Below, piece by piece: positions 13,001 through 24,807 of a stretch of 64,000 bases of DNA. This stretch comes from Hydrurus foetidus (Eukaryota), in NCBI GenBank assembly GCA_900617105.1, contig UYFQ01000574.1, positions 1-64,000 on the forward strand, given 5' to 3'. The first letter of the stretch is position 1. Each line of letters opens with the position of its first letter. The position numbers were made by a program, and so were the translations under genes. The notes beneath the pieces are model-generated. The model was not told the DNA's origin. It saw only the letters and a list, made by a program, of their open reading frames with translations, and did not search any database.

Positions 13001-13329
13001 ACTCTACTCCTTCCTCCTTGAAATTTAAGTTAAGTGAGAGAAAATGAATATGAGTGAAAATACATGTGGTAACGTATAGCTCATTTGAAAAAGGTGCCAC
13101 CTCAAATTATTCAGGGATCCCATACGCCTATCCATCGTCAAAGATTTGGTAGTATGTGTGGATATGAAAATCAAAATGTTGTCGACACGATTTTCATCGG
13201 CGGCACTCCTTAGAGTCGGGGTATAATATCTAAACAATTATGTCAGACTCTTACTGACTAAAAACTCCCAAAAAAATGTTGACCGACAACAAACAAAAAA
13301 TAGGGTTGAAATCCATCATGGATATTGTT

Positions 13330-15000
13330 TAGTATTATGTATTGATATCTACAACGTTTGTAAACTTTCTAGGTAATAAACGTTGAAGATTGTTAGATGT
13401 CAAATATTCGTGTAATTTTTCGGTATCACGAAGATTGGCATAGGATGTTCATGAATTGTGTTCATCGGCATAACCTAACCATTTGACGAGGAATTCTAAC
13501 GAAGTTTTGCGTTGTAAGTCACCACGATGTTCAAGGATATTTTCAAAATAAAATTCCATATCATCATGACGAGCAACTTCTAATGATTCAAGACGTAGTG
13601 GATCAAAAATAAAAGTTTCATATCTGAAACATGATATTCTTTTTCGACATGAGAGATAAGATCATAAAGGGTAAACCTTGAATTTGATCCGGAAATAACT
13701 CTCATAGGACCACGCCAGAACGTATGAAGACGTGTAGGCGGGTGACCTGTACGGTAATGTACCAATAGAGTGTTTTTGCAAAAAAAGTTCGCAGCACCCT
13801 CCCCACTCAAAAAAACCAAAAAACTGAAAACGGTGCTGCGAACATTTTCAAGACCCTCCGAACTTCTGGCTTCTCCCGCTCAACAGTGCGAAGGAAAAAA
13901 AAGGCTTCGCAGCACCCCTTTTAACCGTAAAACTGTCTATTTAGCCGGCAGATTCGGGAGAATTCATCAGCGGGTTCTAAATTTTGTGTTCGCACATTGG
14001 GAGGACTCTGCACAATTGACCACGAATATCCTCCAGCTAAAACATATTAACCACATCGACCAAAAAAAATTTCAAATGGCGGAAAACTAAATACAGAGAA
14101 TTGAAGCCACTCTCTGTGCTGTCATTAACATGTAACTTTCGATGTGGTGAGGTCAATGCGGCATCTTCAAAATCCGATTCCTAATTAATTACGCACGCCA
14201 ACTCCGTCGAGTCGCTGAAACAAAATTAGCTATTCATCTAAACCATCCACAAAATTACAACTGCAGGATTCAAGATGTATGAGAGAAGTTGGCCGCGGCT
14301 GGCAGGCGACATCGACGGAAGAGTCTTCGAGCGCAGGATGCCAAAATCTCGCGAGAGACAACGTCCTATGCCGTCGCCGCCGCGAGCGCCGCCGCCGCAA
14401 ATGGAGCTTGAAAAAGTGTGGACGCCCTTATTTGCGGTGATAATTTGCCATCGCCACCGTTGCCACCGCCGCCGCGGCCCGCCGTAATCATATTTGGTCA
14501 CCCTGTAACTGTGGTGTATAGCTAGCTCTTGCTGCAGTATTTGGCGTGCAGCTTTTACATTTGTTTCGGCTTGTAACATATTAATGATACATCTATAGTC
14601 AAAACTCTCTGTTATGACCTTCCTTTGGAGACTACCGAGCCTAGAAAGGTCTCAACCACTCCCACAGTACCGTGGAGTGGCTTAAAAAACAGCTTAAATT
14701 TGACGATAAAAGTCACTGTTCTTGTCAATTGCTGCTGCCAAATGATGATTGAGAAGACAGACAAATTTGTTTTGACGACACAGAAGTTGCTGGAAGCCTA
14801 GCTACTTCGTGAGAAGTCATCAGGCTTAGCATATACTTAGGCCGATACTGTCCGGTACAAAAGATGGTGCAGCGAACTGTACGCTATGCAAAAACACAAA
14901 ATGCAAAAAAAGTTCGCAGCACTGCCCACTGCTGCGAACTTTTTTTTGCAAAAACACTCTAATACATACGTTTCGGGTTGGTAATCCGTGAGACCGTGTA
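13330..15000 (-). pseudogene. Third Gypsy chromovirus remnant (GPY/F plus chromodomain), split by a TIR element
   Basis: GLTDYQPETYV (about 14964-14995) joins in frame to LVHYRTGHPPTRLHTFWRGP (ending 13766) once 13767-14960 is removed. Chromodomain-like FLVKWLGY lies near 13470-13495. Confidence 0.85.
13767..14960. mobile_element. Non-autonomous TIR DNA transposon with 3-bp TSD AAT (PIF/Harbinger-like)
   Basis: About 30-bp TIRs (AGAGTGTTTTTGCAAAAAAAGTTCGCAGCA), AAT on both sides, and subterminal TTCGCAGCA repeats. Confidence 0.85.
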
Positions 15001-15286
15001 TTACGACCGCGGAATAAAAGTAGCACTTTCGCGCTGAAAAAAACGCCTGATGAGGGGGGGGTGCACAACCAAAAGCGTGGAGGGGGGGGGTGCGCAACCA
15101 ATATGTTATCGCGCTATTGTAGACTATATAGACTATGTAGCAATCTCCCTATCGCCCACCCTCTCTGGCCCATCAATTTCAATTGACAGTAGTTGAGCGA
15201 TCGTCTAAGTTGTGCCTTTCGGATCGATTTTGCGGAGAACTTTTTATCATCTCAAGATTTTTGCTGTCATTATTGTGAAACTGAAA

Positions 15287-16060
15287 ATGAAGATGCAAAG
15301 GAAGAACGGCGTTGCAAAGAAGGCGGTCAGGAGAACAAAGGCAGTTTTGATTCCCACAATCAAGTGGTTGATGGCTGACAACTTGTGTCTCTTGTATGCT
15401 ATTTGGGAGATGTGTACTCCTCTTCAGAAGCTGATCTTGACGGTAACCAAATGATTAACTTTCATTCAAGGCTGAACCCTCCTGCAAATGGCATCTCTTC
15501 TCATAAGCTACTATCAACTTCAGATGAACGGAAATTTATCCTTCGTTGACTCCTTCAAAAAGACAATGAACTTGCTGCCGAGTCAAAAGGTTATCAAAGG
15601 CATTTCTTCAGCGGATGTAAATTATTATCTTAGGTGGCTAAAATCATACTTGTTTGATCTAAACATTGAGGTAGATTATGTTTGGAGAAGAGTGAAAAAA
15701 GTAGATAAGAATACTTCTCGACACTTCAATGGTGACAGTGTCTATAAACTAATGAATGGTCGTATCGGTCAATACATTCTTTTTGGGAAAGCGAAGTGGA
15801 ATAATGACGCTCATCGAAAGCAAATAAAAAGATTGCGAGCTGCTGGGAACGAAAGGATGAGATTCAAAATCTACGGTATCATTGCTAATGGGACAAAGCA
15901 ATCTGATCATGCTGTTGGTGTATTCATTCGTGTTGATGATGATCATGTACTTTACGACAACTCCATGCGTAACATATCTTTGAAACTTACTGCGGACAGT
16001 CTAGCAAACAAAATGTCTGATGTGAGCTGCTGTTACATATTTGATTTGAAACATTTGTAA
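15287..16060 (+). CDS. Putative papain/C39-like cysteine peptidase, 2 exons (15287-15442, 15524-16060), about 230 aa
   Basis: A phase-0 GT-AG intron joins NLCLLYAI to DHAVGV and VLYDN. Homologous along its length to 20939-21559. Confidence 0.65.
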
Positions 16061-16650
16061 TATCAATTGATAATTTTATTCGGGTAGAACCCAACTTTGA
16101 AGTCGGGGCAAGAACGAATCAAGGAGGAACAACAGTTCTTCGTGCTCTGACCCTTCTGATAAAGTCTTGCCTGAACCAAAAGTCTGTAGCATCACTTAAT
16201 ATATCACTTACGGATTGTGATCATACAGGTAGATTATTATTTATAAATCAGTAGCCCTATCAAATTTAAAGTCACCGTGATTTATCATTTTATTCTTTAT
16301 TTTGAAAGTCACCGTGATTTATCCTTTGTGTGAACCATGTTGAAATTACCACAACCTATTCTCATAGTATTCACCATGATTCATAAACCAGATTGAATCT
16401 TATCATGTTTTTAGGGTATTCACTGTCGATTTACTTTTACAAAAGTCACCGTGATTTTACTGTTAAAAGTCACCGTGATTTCTGGACGGTGACTTCAATC
16501 ACGGTGACTCTCCATCAAAATGTGGCGCTCCAAAAGGTAACGCATAAGTTATGATGGATATGTCTGAGTAACTTCTGATGACTTTTATTCTTGTGGCTGA
16601 TTCGGCTCTTTCTTTAAAGTTTCTTTTACTGCGAATGTAACGAGTATTAT

Positions 16651-17109
16651 TTACGAGTGAATCATAACATCTTCGGTTGCGGGATACTTAATGGATGAAA
16701 TCGAAATGAACAGTCTATAATTTTCATGCTTGTAATCTGAACCTGCATGTATCATATCACCTCTGAAGAAAAGCATGCTTGATTTGGGAATGTGTATCTT
16801 AGTATCTAGTGATCCACAATAGAAGAATGTGTTTTCCATTATAGCAATTAAGGCAGAGTAGTGAAATCCTTTGAGCCATCTATTGCTGATAACCATTTGC
16901 AATATTTCTTGGTGTTCTAGGGACATCACACCAGGGATAGATCTTCGATGTCGCAAAGGTTTGCAGTTTCCTGTACGATTAAGCATCCTAAGCCACTTCC
17001 TTCCAGTGTTATATGAAATCTTGCAGTGAATAGCTGCATCTTTGACGGAAAAATGATCAATCAAAACTTTTGAAACGAACAATTGACGATGAGATTTGTC
17101 CTTTGTCAT
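16651..17109 (-). pseudogene. Chimeric ORF: transposase-like HTH fused to a 2OG-Fe(II)/cupin-like C-terminus
   Basis: N-terminus SVKDAAIHCKISYNTGRKWL (HTH-like). C-terminus SMLFFRGDMIHAGSDY...NYRLF (distal His plus Arg, as in 2OG oxygenases). No DDE domain. Confidence 0.5.
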
Positions 17110-17748
17110 CGAGAATCGAAATCAACCGTGATAAAATCAGAATGGAAGTGACATTGGGCAGCAATATGACGTTCTGTGATGTAATGAGAATGGTTGCGCA
17201 CCTTCCCCCCCTCCACACTTCGAAGTGGTTGTGCACCCCCCCCTGTGCAGGATTTCCGTTTCGAAGTGCTACTTTTATTCTGCGGTCGTAAGAGAGAAAG
17301 AGAATCGGCACCCATTTGCGGCCATACTAAATCAATAGAAAATCTACCAAAAGAATAGAAAAAAAACTATATCGTGGATTAAAATACTGAAAATATGTAA
17401 TGCTCTACTATAACATTTGTCTGACTAAATATGTGTAATTCAAACTATTCTAATAGAAATTGTACTGAAAACTACAAGACAGTACTATTTAAATGTAATT
17501 TTGTACTAATATCTGGGCATCCGTTACACACGTATCAAATCAAATGAATTCCAACTAATTGCGTATACTGAACAGCAAATTACGGGAAATGTGCTTAAAT
17601 TGAGGCACCGATAGCTAAAATCTGTAATTGAAAGTCCAAAGAAATGAGCGGCTACTAGAACATGTAATAGCGACTGTCGATTCATGCCTGTCTTTCGGTT
17701 CAGCGAGTTGCAACTTTTGCGCCGTTGCCACTATTCTACAATTGAGCG

Positions 17749-19894
17749 ATGGAGGATCTAGGGAATCGATTCAGAGGCAATGGTTTTCAATGGACATTTC
17801 TACGATCCTTCAGCGAAGGTGATCATAGTGGCGATATTGCTTGTCGCTTTTCGTGGAACTAAACTATCGCATTTTTTACTCTAGAGCCTGAAGTAGCAGC
17901 TTTACTCCTTGAATTGGGAGTCAAAGTTGGTAGAGTCAACTACAACGCAACTTGCACGACCTCTTACTATATCTGTAATACGGGAGGTTGCAGGAAGCAA
18001 TACAGAGTCGTCAAATTATTAGATGACACTGACGACGACGACGTTGACAATCTATTCATTGAGGAAATCGCAAATGAAGTTCATGATCATACTGCGGCAG
18101 ATGTTATTCTCAGGGGATTGTCACCGCGGCAAAAGGAAATCGTCCTTCAATGCTTAATGAGGAAGCAAGGCATGCCCAAACGTGTCATCGACGAGTTTGT
18201 TCGTCAGGCCGCAATTCAACTGGCAGCAAACTTACCAGTTGTTCCAACTCCAACGACGGACATGATATCAAGCTTCACATCTCATTATCGTAAACGTGAG
18301 AGGGGTGGGATCGCTGTTGGCAAGACATCTCTTCAGGACTTGGAAACTTTTGCACGAGAGAACAGAATAGGTAAGCAGATTTACTCAATAAACAAAAGAA
18401 GCTTAACGAGCTAATACAGCGTAATCTGATATCAGTTTTAGATCAAGGTCTCGATGTAGCTGCAGTATTGGACTACGAGCACGATGACCAAGTTAGGGAT
18501 CCCTACTTCTCTATATTATTTTCTACTCCCCGCTTGATCGATGGCACGCATCTGACCCGTCCAATTGAAATGGACGATACCTACAAGCTTATTCATGAAG
18601 GATTCACAGTAACTGTGTTAGGTCAGACAGATGCGGATCGCGTATTTCACACGAGAGCAATTGGAATCTCGTCAAATAGTACAGAGAGGGTTGGTGCATT
18701 TTACCTCCGTGCCTGGAGAGACAGAGTTCCACTATTCACCCCTCGTGCATACTTGGGAGATGCAGCAGAAGCCTACGCCAACGCTGCACGGCAGACATTT
18801 CCGTCCATTGCTGTCCGATTGATGTGCTTCGCGCACGTGTACAAAGTAAGTCTGGCAAGTAAAGTGAAGTAAATAGTTGAATTCAATCTAAGAAATTTTC
18901 TTTATCTAATACAACTCCAACTTCGCAGAATGTGGAGAAGCAGACGAAAAGGATCCACGATCAGGCCGTCAGAGCAATGTTTCTCCAAGACATTAATGCG
19001 TTATCTCTGTCGTTCACCGCAGAGCAAGCCCTACAGGCGGTTGCATTATTTCTCGTCAAATGGGAGGCCAGTGAAAACGCAGTAGTGCTGAATGTCACCT
19101 CCCATTTCAGGACTCAGTGGACAAACAATCTTGTAAGTAACTGGACAAGAGGGCACTGTCCTAATTGCGTCATCAATAATAACGGACTCGAGGCAACCAA
19201 TGGAGTTATAAAGAACGAGGTAACCCAGAGAAGGCTGTTGCCTGTACTGAATTTCTTCGTAGAAATATCGAGGTGGCTTGGTGCCCAGTCTATAAGGAGG
19301 GATCCAGCAAATCCTAATCCAATCCCATTTACCAGCGTCCATACGATCATGACAAGCGACTGGACTGAGGCTTACAGATGGTCTAGAGACACTGCCCGAC
19401 AAGTTCGTATCACGAATGATGGGAGCTACGTAGCCGTCAATAGCGATGTAAGGGGTGATTTGACAGATGATAAAGCAGCCAATTTCGTGGCGAAGTTCAC
19501 AAATTTTTCGTTCGAATCCTTTGATGATTTCACAACGACATCAAATAACGTATGTGTTATCAGACCCGATCTTACTAGGCAAGAAGGGTACAATTGTACT
19601 TGTGCAGTGAATGCAAAGAAGCACAGCTGCAGTCACTCCCTCGGTGTCGCTATCATCCGAGGCACTCTTGTTCCTCCCAGAGATGCTATGGTCACCCTCC
19701 TCGGACGTAAGAGAAAAAGAGGAAGAAAGCCACAAGCTGCACCTGCCTGGGAGCACCAACCCTTCGATATTGTTTCTCCTCAGCACCATCCCCAGCAAAA
19801 TCCTGCTATCCTTGCGGGTGTAGTTGCGCCTCCGAATCCTCAACATGCTATATTAGAAGAGCACATTGAACAACCTGATGCCATTGAACAGTAA
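17749..19894 (+). CDS. MULE transposase with SWIM zinc finger, 4 exons (17749-17818, 17885-18370, 18442-18845, 18929-19894), about 641 aa
   Basis: GT-AG introns give one open frame. Motifs MDDTYK, LGDAAEAY, MCFAHV, NNGLEATN and SWIM CTC...CSH. Confidence 0.9.
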
Positions 19895-20938
19895 TCATTT
19901 GACGTGAGTTCTCATTGAAATTGTCTTAATATTCCCAGTATTTTTAGTATCATACTTCGTATCGACTGCGTGATTTTGCACCGTTTTACTTGCCAGTCAT
20001 GCAAGATCAGTTACATATTGAACCATCACCTGGTAGCTATGCATTCGATGTTGTTGGGTAATGTGTCACCGCCAACTAATCAATCATTAGAGTTCCAGAG
20101 ACTTTTCTTCTTAAGCAGGAACGAAGAGAGTGAGAGATGAGAGGAGGTCATTGTATGAAGGAGGCAGGGGAGCAAAATGGTCAGTGAATGCTTAGTGGAA
20201 CGTCACTGGAGGGCGAAATGTCACTGCATGGAGAAACGTCATCGCATGGCGGAAGCTAATGTGGACGCTTTTGGCGATATGTCACTGCATGGCAAAATGT
20301 CATCGCATGGCGGAAGCTAATGTGGACGCTTTTGCACCTTGTGCTTTGGCAACTTATGCTCTGACTTATTAATAAGCTGTCCAAGAAAAAACTGTTACGA
20401 ATCATGTTGCTTTTGGTAGCATGCATCTCTCCGATCGTCATACCTATACAGTGTTCATGAACTCAACCATTACTTCATATAAGTGCTTTACACAAGAGTC
20501 ATTACTGTCTCAAGCACTCAGATTCAGTCATTGTCGAGTGCATGAAAACGGTATAGGCATGACGAAACGATAGGTGTATGCTACGTCATCAACCTATGTT
20601 ATCTTCGGCGTTACAATGTTTAGTGCAGCAGGAAAACACATACCAGTAACTCAGCAAACAATTTTAAAACTAAATGCATGCACAAACAATGCACTCGAAA
20701 GAAAAGACTTAAGCAGAAAAATGCTCCAGCACTTGAGATGAAGCATGTCCGTAATGCCTGCAAGAAAAGTAGTTTTAATATACCAGACACCTGGAAAGGA
20801 GAAACTTACGAGTGTGTCAAGTTCGTAAGTGAGCCAACCACGCCAATTACTTCGGGGAATTTCTTTTGAATCCGGGACACGTTGTCGCAAGAAATTTCGA
20901 AGAATTGAGGGAAGGCCCTTGGAAATAGAAAAATTATA

Positions 20939-21559
20939 TTACTCCTTGACTTCGTACAGATTAACATAGAAACAATGAGAAACATCACCCATTTTATCAG
21001 CGAGGTGAAGGATGTCAAATTTTACACTGCCTTTGCGGCATGCGGTATCAAAAAGTAAATTGCCGGTATCTGCGATGCGAACACCAACCGAATGGTCGAT
21101 ACATTTACGACCGTTTGCTGTCTTCAAGTACTGAAGAGCTCTCGCCTCCTCTCCTTCGACGGCTCGGATCCTCTTCAGAATCTTAGGGTGCTCATCGTCG
21201 AGCTCTTTGCTAAGACCGATGAGGACGTAGTGGCCTTTCCTATTGACGACCGTCTTCATGATCGACCCCACGTCCCAATTCTTGAGCTTTCCCACCCTGC
21301 CGTTCACTCGCTTAAGTTCGTACTTGAGAATGATTCCTCTCTTACGGTTCTCTTCGACGACGAATTCGAAGAACTTCCTAGCGTCATGTGTGCTGGCGCC
21401 TTCGTGATCAGGGTCAGTAAGATCGATGCCGGTCGCATCCACGAAAACTTTTCCAGCGTCGTCTCCGCCGAGTCTCATCCACTCCTGTTGCTCCGCCGTC
21501 ATTAGCAAAACAATTGCGGCCGCGAAACACAGATTGCGACTCGGTTTGAATTCGTGCAT
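20939..21559 (-). CDS. Putative papain/C39-like cysteine peptidase, MULE cargo
   Basis: 206-aa ORF with NLCFAAAI, GASTHD, DHSVGV and LLFD; homolog of 15287-16060. Confidence 0.65.
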   Translation of the reverse strand: MHEFKPSRNLCFAAAIVLLMTAEQQEWMRLGGDDAGKVFVDATGIDLTDPDHEGASTHDARKFFEFVVEENRKRGIILKYELKRVNGRVGKLKNWDVGSIMKTVVNRKGHYVLIGLSKELDDEHPKILKRIRAVEGEEARALQYLKTANGRKCIDHSVGVRIADTGNLLFDTACRKGSVKFDILHLADKMGDVSHCFYVNLYEVKE

Positions 21560-23104
21560 GATTGATTTCTGATTCCACTTAAGCTATACTGCAGTATATA
21601 TCATACTTGACATCTTCAAATTAAGAGTCACTTTCACGTTCAGTGTCTAACGTATTTTTCAGGTTTTTTCATGCCGTTACTTTTCATGCCGTTACTTTTC
21701 ATGCCGTTACTTTTCATGTCCTGGTTCCATCAAATAGAACTAAATCCGTAAATTAGTACTGTGCAACCATTTCAGTATAACTTCTTAGAAATAGTAGGTT
21801 GATCTCCATTTTAGTCAGGGTTACATTGAATAGTACCAAATCCATGAATTAGTATTGCGCAACTATTTCAGTGTAACTTCTATGAAATAGTAGCCTGGTC
21901 TGCAATTTAAGGTATCAAATCCATATTTCAGTATGGCTATGTTTTGGTCAAGTTTACAAGATTTTAGTAGAGAACGTTAGTTATAGTATTTTTTTCCAGA
22001 TTTTAGTATGTCCATATATTTACCCGAAGAGAATCTGGCAAAGTCTACCGGACTTTTTGAAATATTGGGGGAATTTGCAAATATTCGTTGTGTGACGATG
22101 AAGTCAAATCAAGGTTATCTCCAGGTATGGTCTCGACTTCTCAACTCCTCTCGACCTCGAACTTTTGAAACCCCCCGACAACTCCACAACGTGGAACGTT
22201 GAGTGGATAACCGCTAAAAGCTTCGTAACAGCATGCGTAGCGGAGTTTGAAACAGATGATTGATACATTGCAACAAAAACATATTAGTTCAACATGGGAA
22301 ACGCAAACACAAACGTAAGATCACCCACTCAGCCATCACTCGCGAGAACAGCAATGATCTAATCACTAGTTCATCACGTCAATCGATCCCCTCACATCTT
22401 ATCTGAACATGTCGTGGCATCCTCTTATCATTCGCAGCCAAGTGCCATGTTCGGCAAAGACTCCAAATTTTCAACCGATGGTAAAACCAAAGAATCAGTT
22501 ACAACTCCGATCCAGTACGAACCCCTCGCCGTCCCTCCAAACTATTCGAAGAACTCCCCACCAATGATCGACTACAGCAAACTTAAACATCCAGAGGTTT
22601 TACCTGATGTGAAGACCTTAGTAGCTATGATACCGACAACATATGCCAACGGCACCTTATCATACAACAAGAAGTTCTACGCTAGTTACGTTCCGAACAC
22701 CATAATTGGTGACGTGTAAGCATTCAAAACAATCAATAGCGTCATTTCCAAGGTTGGCAGAACTGACGTCGCTCAGAACAACAAGAAGTGATCGATCTGC
22801 CCTCGCCCCTACGTGTGTTGTAAATTTTTGTATCAGGCAAAGCGATTTGAAATGTTAACAGGCGACTGCCAGCAGGAACTGTAATTAATTAGATTACTGA
22901 CGAGAGACACTTGTCCGGGCAAGAGCCTTGCGGTATACTTTCTACCAGATAGATGAGAGAAGACAAGAATAAATATACCACTGTGAATAAACTTATGAAA
23001 TCTAGAAAAATGCCGGCGATAATGATTGAGCGACCAGAGATCCAGAATTCGACTGAATGTCACTTCGCGAACATTGCTGCGGAACTGCCAAATATCGCAC
23101 CAGT

Positions 23105-24155
23105 TCAGCAACATCCCGAGCTCTTTGGTGCTTTGCTTCCCACACCAGGCTGGAAACCGTGCTGATATAATCGGGGAATCGTTACATAATTAATAAGGAT
23201 CATTGCGTCATGTTACTGCGAAGATACTTACTTGTGTGGCCTTCTTTTTCAGAAATATATCTTGATGCTCTAATATTCTTTCAACAAGAAATCGAGCGGC
23301 CTTATCAATATTCACGTTCAACTTCGCGGAAGTGTCAAACCAACCGACAAATCCTTTGTCTTCACAAAATTTATCTAGCTGAGCCTTATCAATTTCAGCT
23401 TCATCTAGATCACATTTATTGCCTAAAAGCACCACGGGAAGTTTCATGCCATTTGGCAAAAACGCCTTCGAATCGATTTCCTCCTTCCACTGTGACAACA
23501 TAGATATTGATAAAGTGTACTAAGATTGCATTTTTCTTGTTCTACGGTGTAATTGAGATCTGCTCCTGCAAAATTAACAGAAATTCGGAGTATGGTTTTG
23601 TTTCAAAGTACTCACTTTCGTAACTGTTTCGAATGTTACTGGCCTGCTCACGTCATACACTAGCATAGCACCAAAAGCATCTTTATAATAGACTCTAGCA
23701 ATGGCACCAAATCTATCTTGTCCTAGGATATGTTATCACCGGTTGACATGAAGGCGTCAAGTTAGCGATCACATCGATAAATTAAGAGGAATTTAATCAT
23801 ATACTTGGTACCTGCGATATCCCACAGCTGGATTCTGACGGTAGTATCTCCGATCATCAAGTTCTTCAAATGAAAGTCGACCCCGACGGTTGTCTTGTGA
23901 TGTCCAGTGAAGAAATTGTGGACATATCTAAATTGGTGTACGCAGATGTCGTCAAAGAATCAAAATATGCACCGTATATTATCCTCATTGCAGAACCCAT
24001 GTGCGCTTACCTTTTGATGATAGATGTTTTACCTGTCGCTGGATCACCCAAGACTAGGACCTTCGTATCAAAAATTTACGTTACAAAGCCGATCGTGTCA
24101 TTGAAGAGCCGTTCTTGTAGAATCAGTTTACCTTGAGCACGTGGGAGTCATCCAT
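23105..24155 (-). CDS. Rab32/38-like small GTPase (6 exons)
   Basis: Spliced product [21 protein letters not shown]...WDIAGQDRF...GNKCD...DTSAK..., ending SGCC* (prenylation motif). The WDIAGQ variant is typical of Rab32/38/29. Confidence 0.92.
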
Positions 24156-24457
24156 GATTATGAATGACACTACCCACTATAGTGATGGTCGATTATAATG
24201 ATGGTCGTATATAATTAGCGATGTGTAGGCTCGCGTTAAAAGGCTCGTGTTAATAAACGTCTCGAGCGCTGAATCTTTGCAATCAGTAAATTATTTTGTT
24301 GCCGATAGCCGATCAAAAGAGCTGCTTCAGTTTTGAGCTCCGATTACCAACAATTGTTTCAGACCTGATCAAAATTTGGCGGTGTCATCAATCCCCAATA
24401 TGGATTGCAAAGGAGACCAAAGTCCATGTCTGTTTCCGATTTTGAAACAGCCAACAG

Positions 24458-24721
24458 TGTCAGGAATCGGGACCAAAACCGGAAAGGAATCGGTAGAAAC
24501 AGAATTGCTTAAAGGTTTACTGGTTAAAAGATTGTGTGAGATGTGAATGAATGAACGATTGTAATTATGTGAATTGTGAATCATGCGATGTCGAATGCTA
24601 TGCACTTCAATGTTGAAATGTTAGAACTTCAATGTTGAAATGTTGGGACTTCAATGTCGAGATGGTGGAACTTCAACGTGTTGGATGGTTGTACAGTGTA
24701 TGTGTATACAAAACAATGACA
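24458..24721 (-). repeat. 3' LTR of Copia A
   Basis: Identical to 29843-30106; contains internal ACTTCAATGT repeats. Confidence 0.95.
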
Positions 24722-24807
24722 TGCGCCGGTAAGCTATATGCTAAAGAGTGTGTAGCTTAAATGAAAATAGGAATACAGGTAAGGATTAGGTGGAAGAGTT
24801 AGTGGTA

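Larger units (their letters stand above)
15004..17288. mobile_element. TA-flanked TIR element (Tc1/IS630-like), internally deleted, carrying cargo
   Basis: About 100-bp imperfect TIRs (CGACCGCGGAATAAAAGTAGCACTT...TGCGCAACCA) flanked by TA at 15002-15003 and 17289-17290. An HTH-like N-terminus begins at 17109. Internal AAAGTCACCGTGATTT repeats at 16267-16510. Confidence 0.75.
17307..22026 (+). mobile_element. Mutator-like (MULE) DNA transposon, apparently autonomous
   Basis: 9-bp TSD AAGAGAATC at 17298-17306 and 22027-22035; degenerate AT-rich TIRs; intact transposase plus a convergent second gene. Confidence 0.9.

Noticed and set aside
22250..22760. ORF 22414-22719 as a gene
   Set aside because: No recognisable motif; possibly a TE remnant; left unassigned.
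24369..24605. Duplicated ORF MHSIRHRM (also 29616-29990)
   Set aside because: Incidental ORF within the LTRs.
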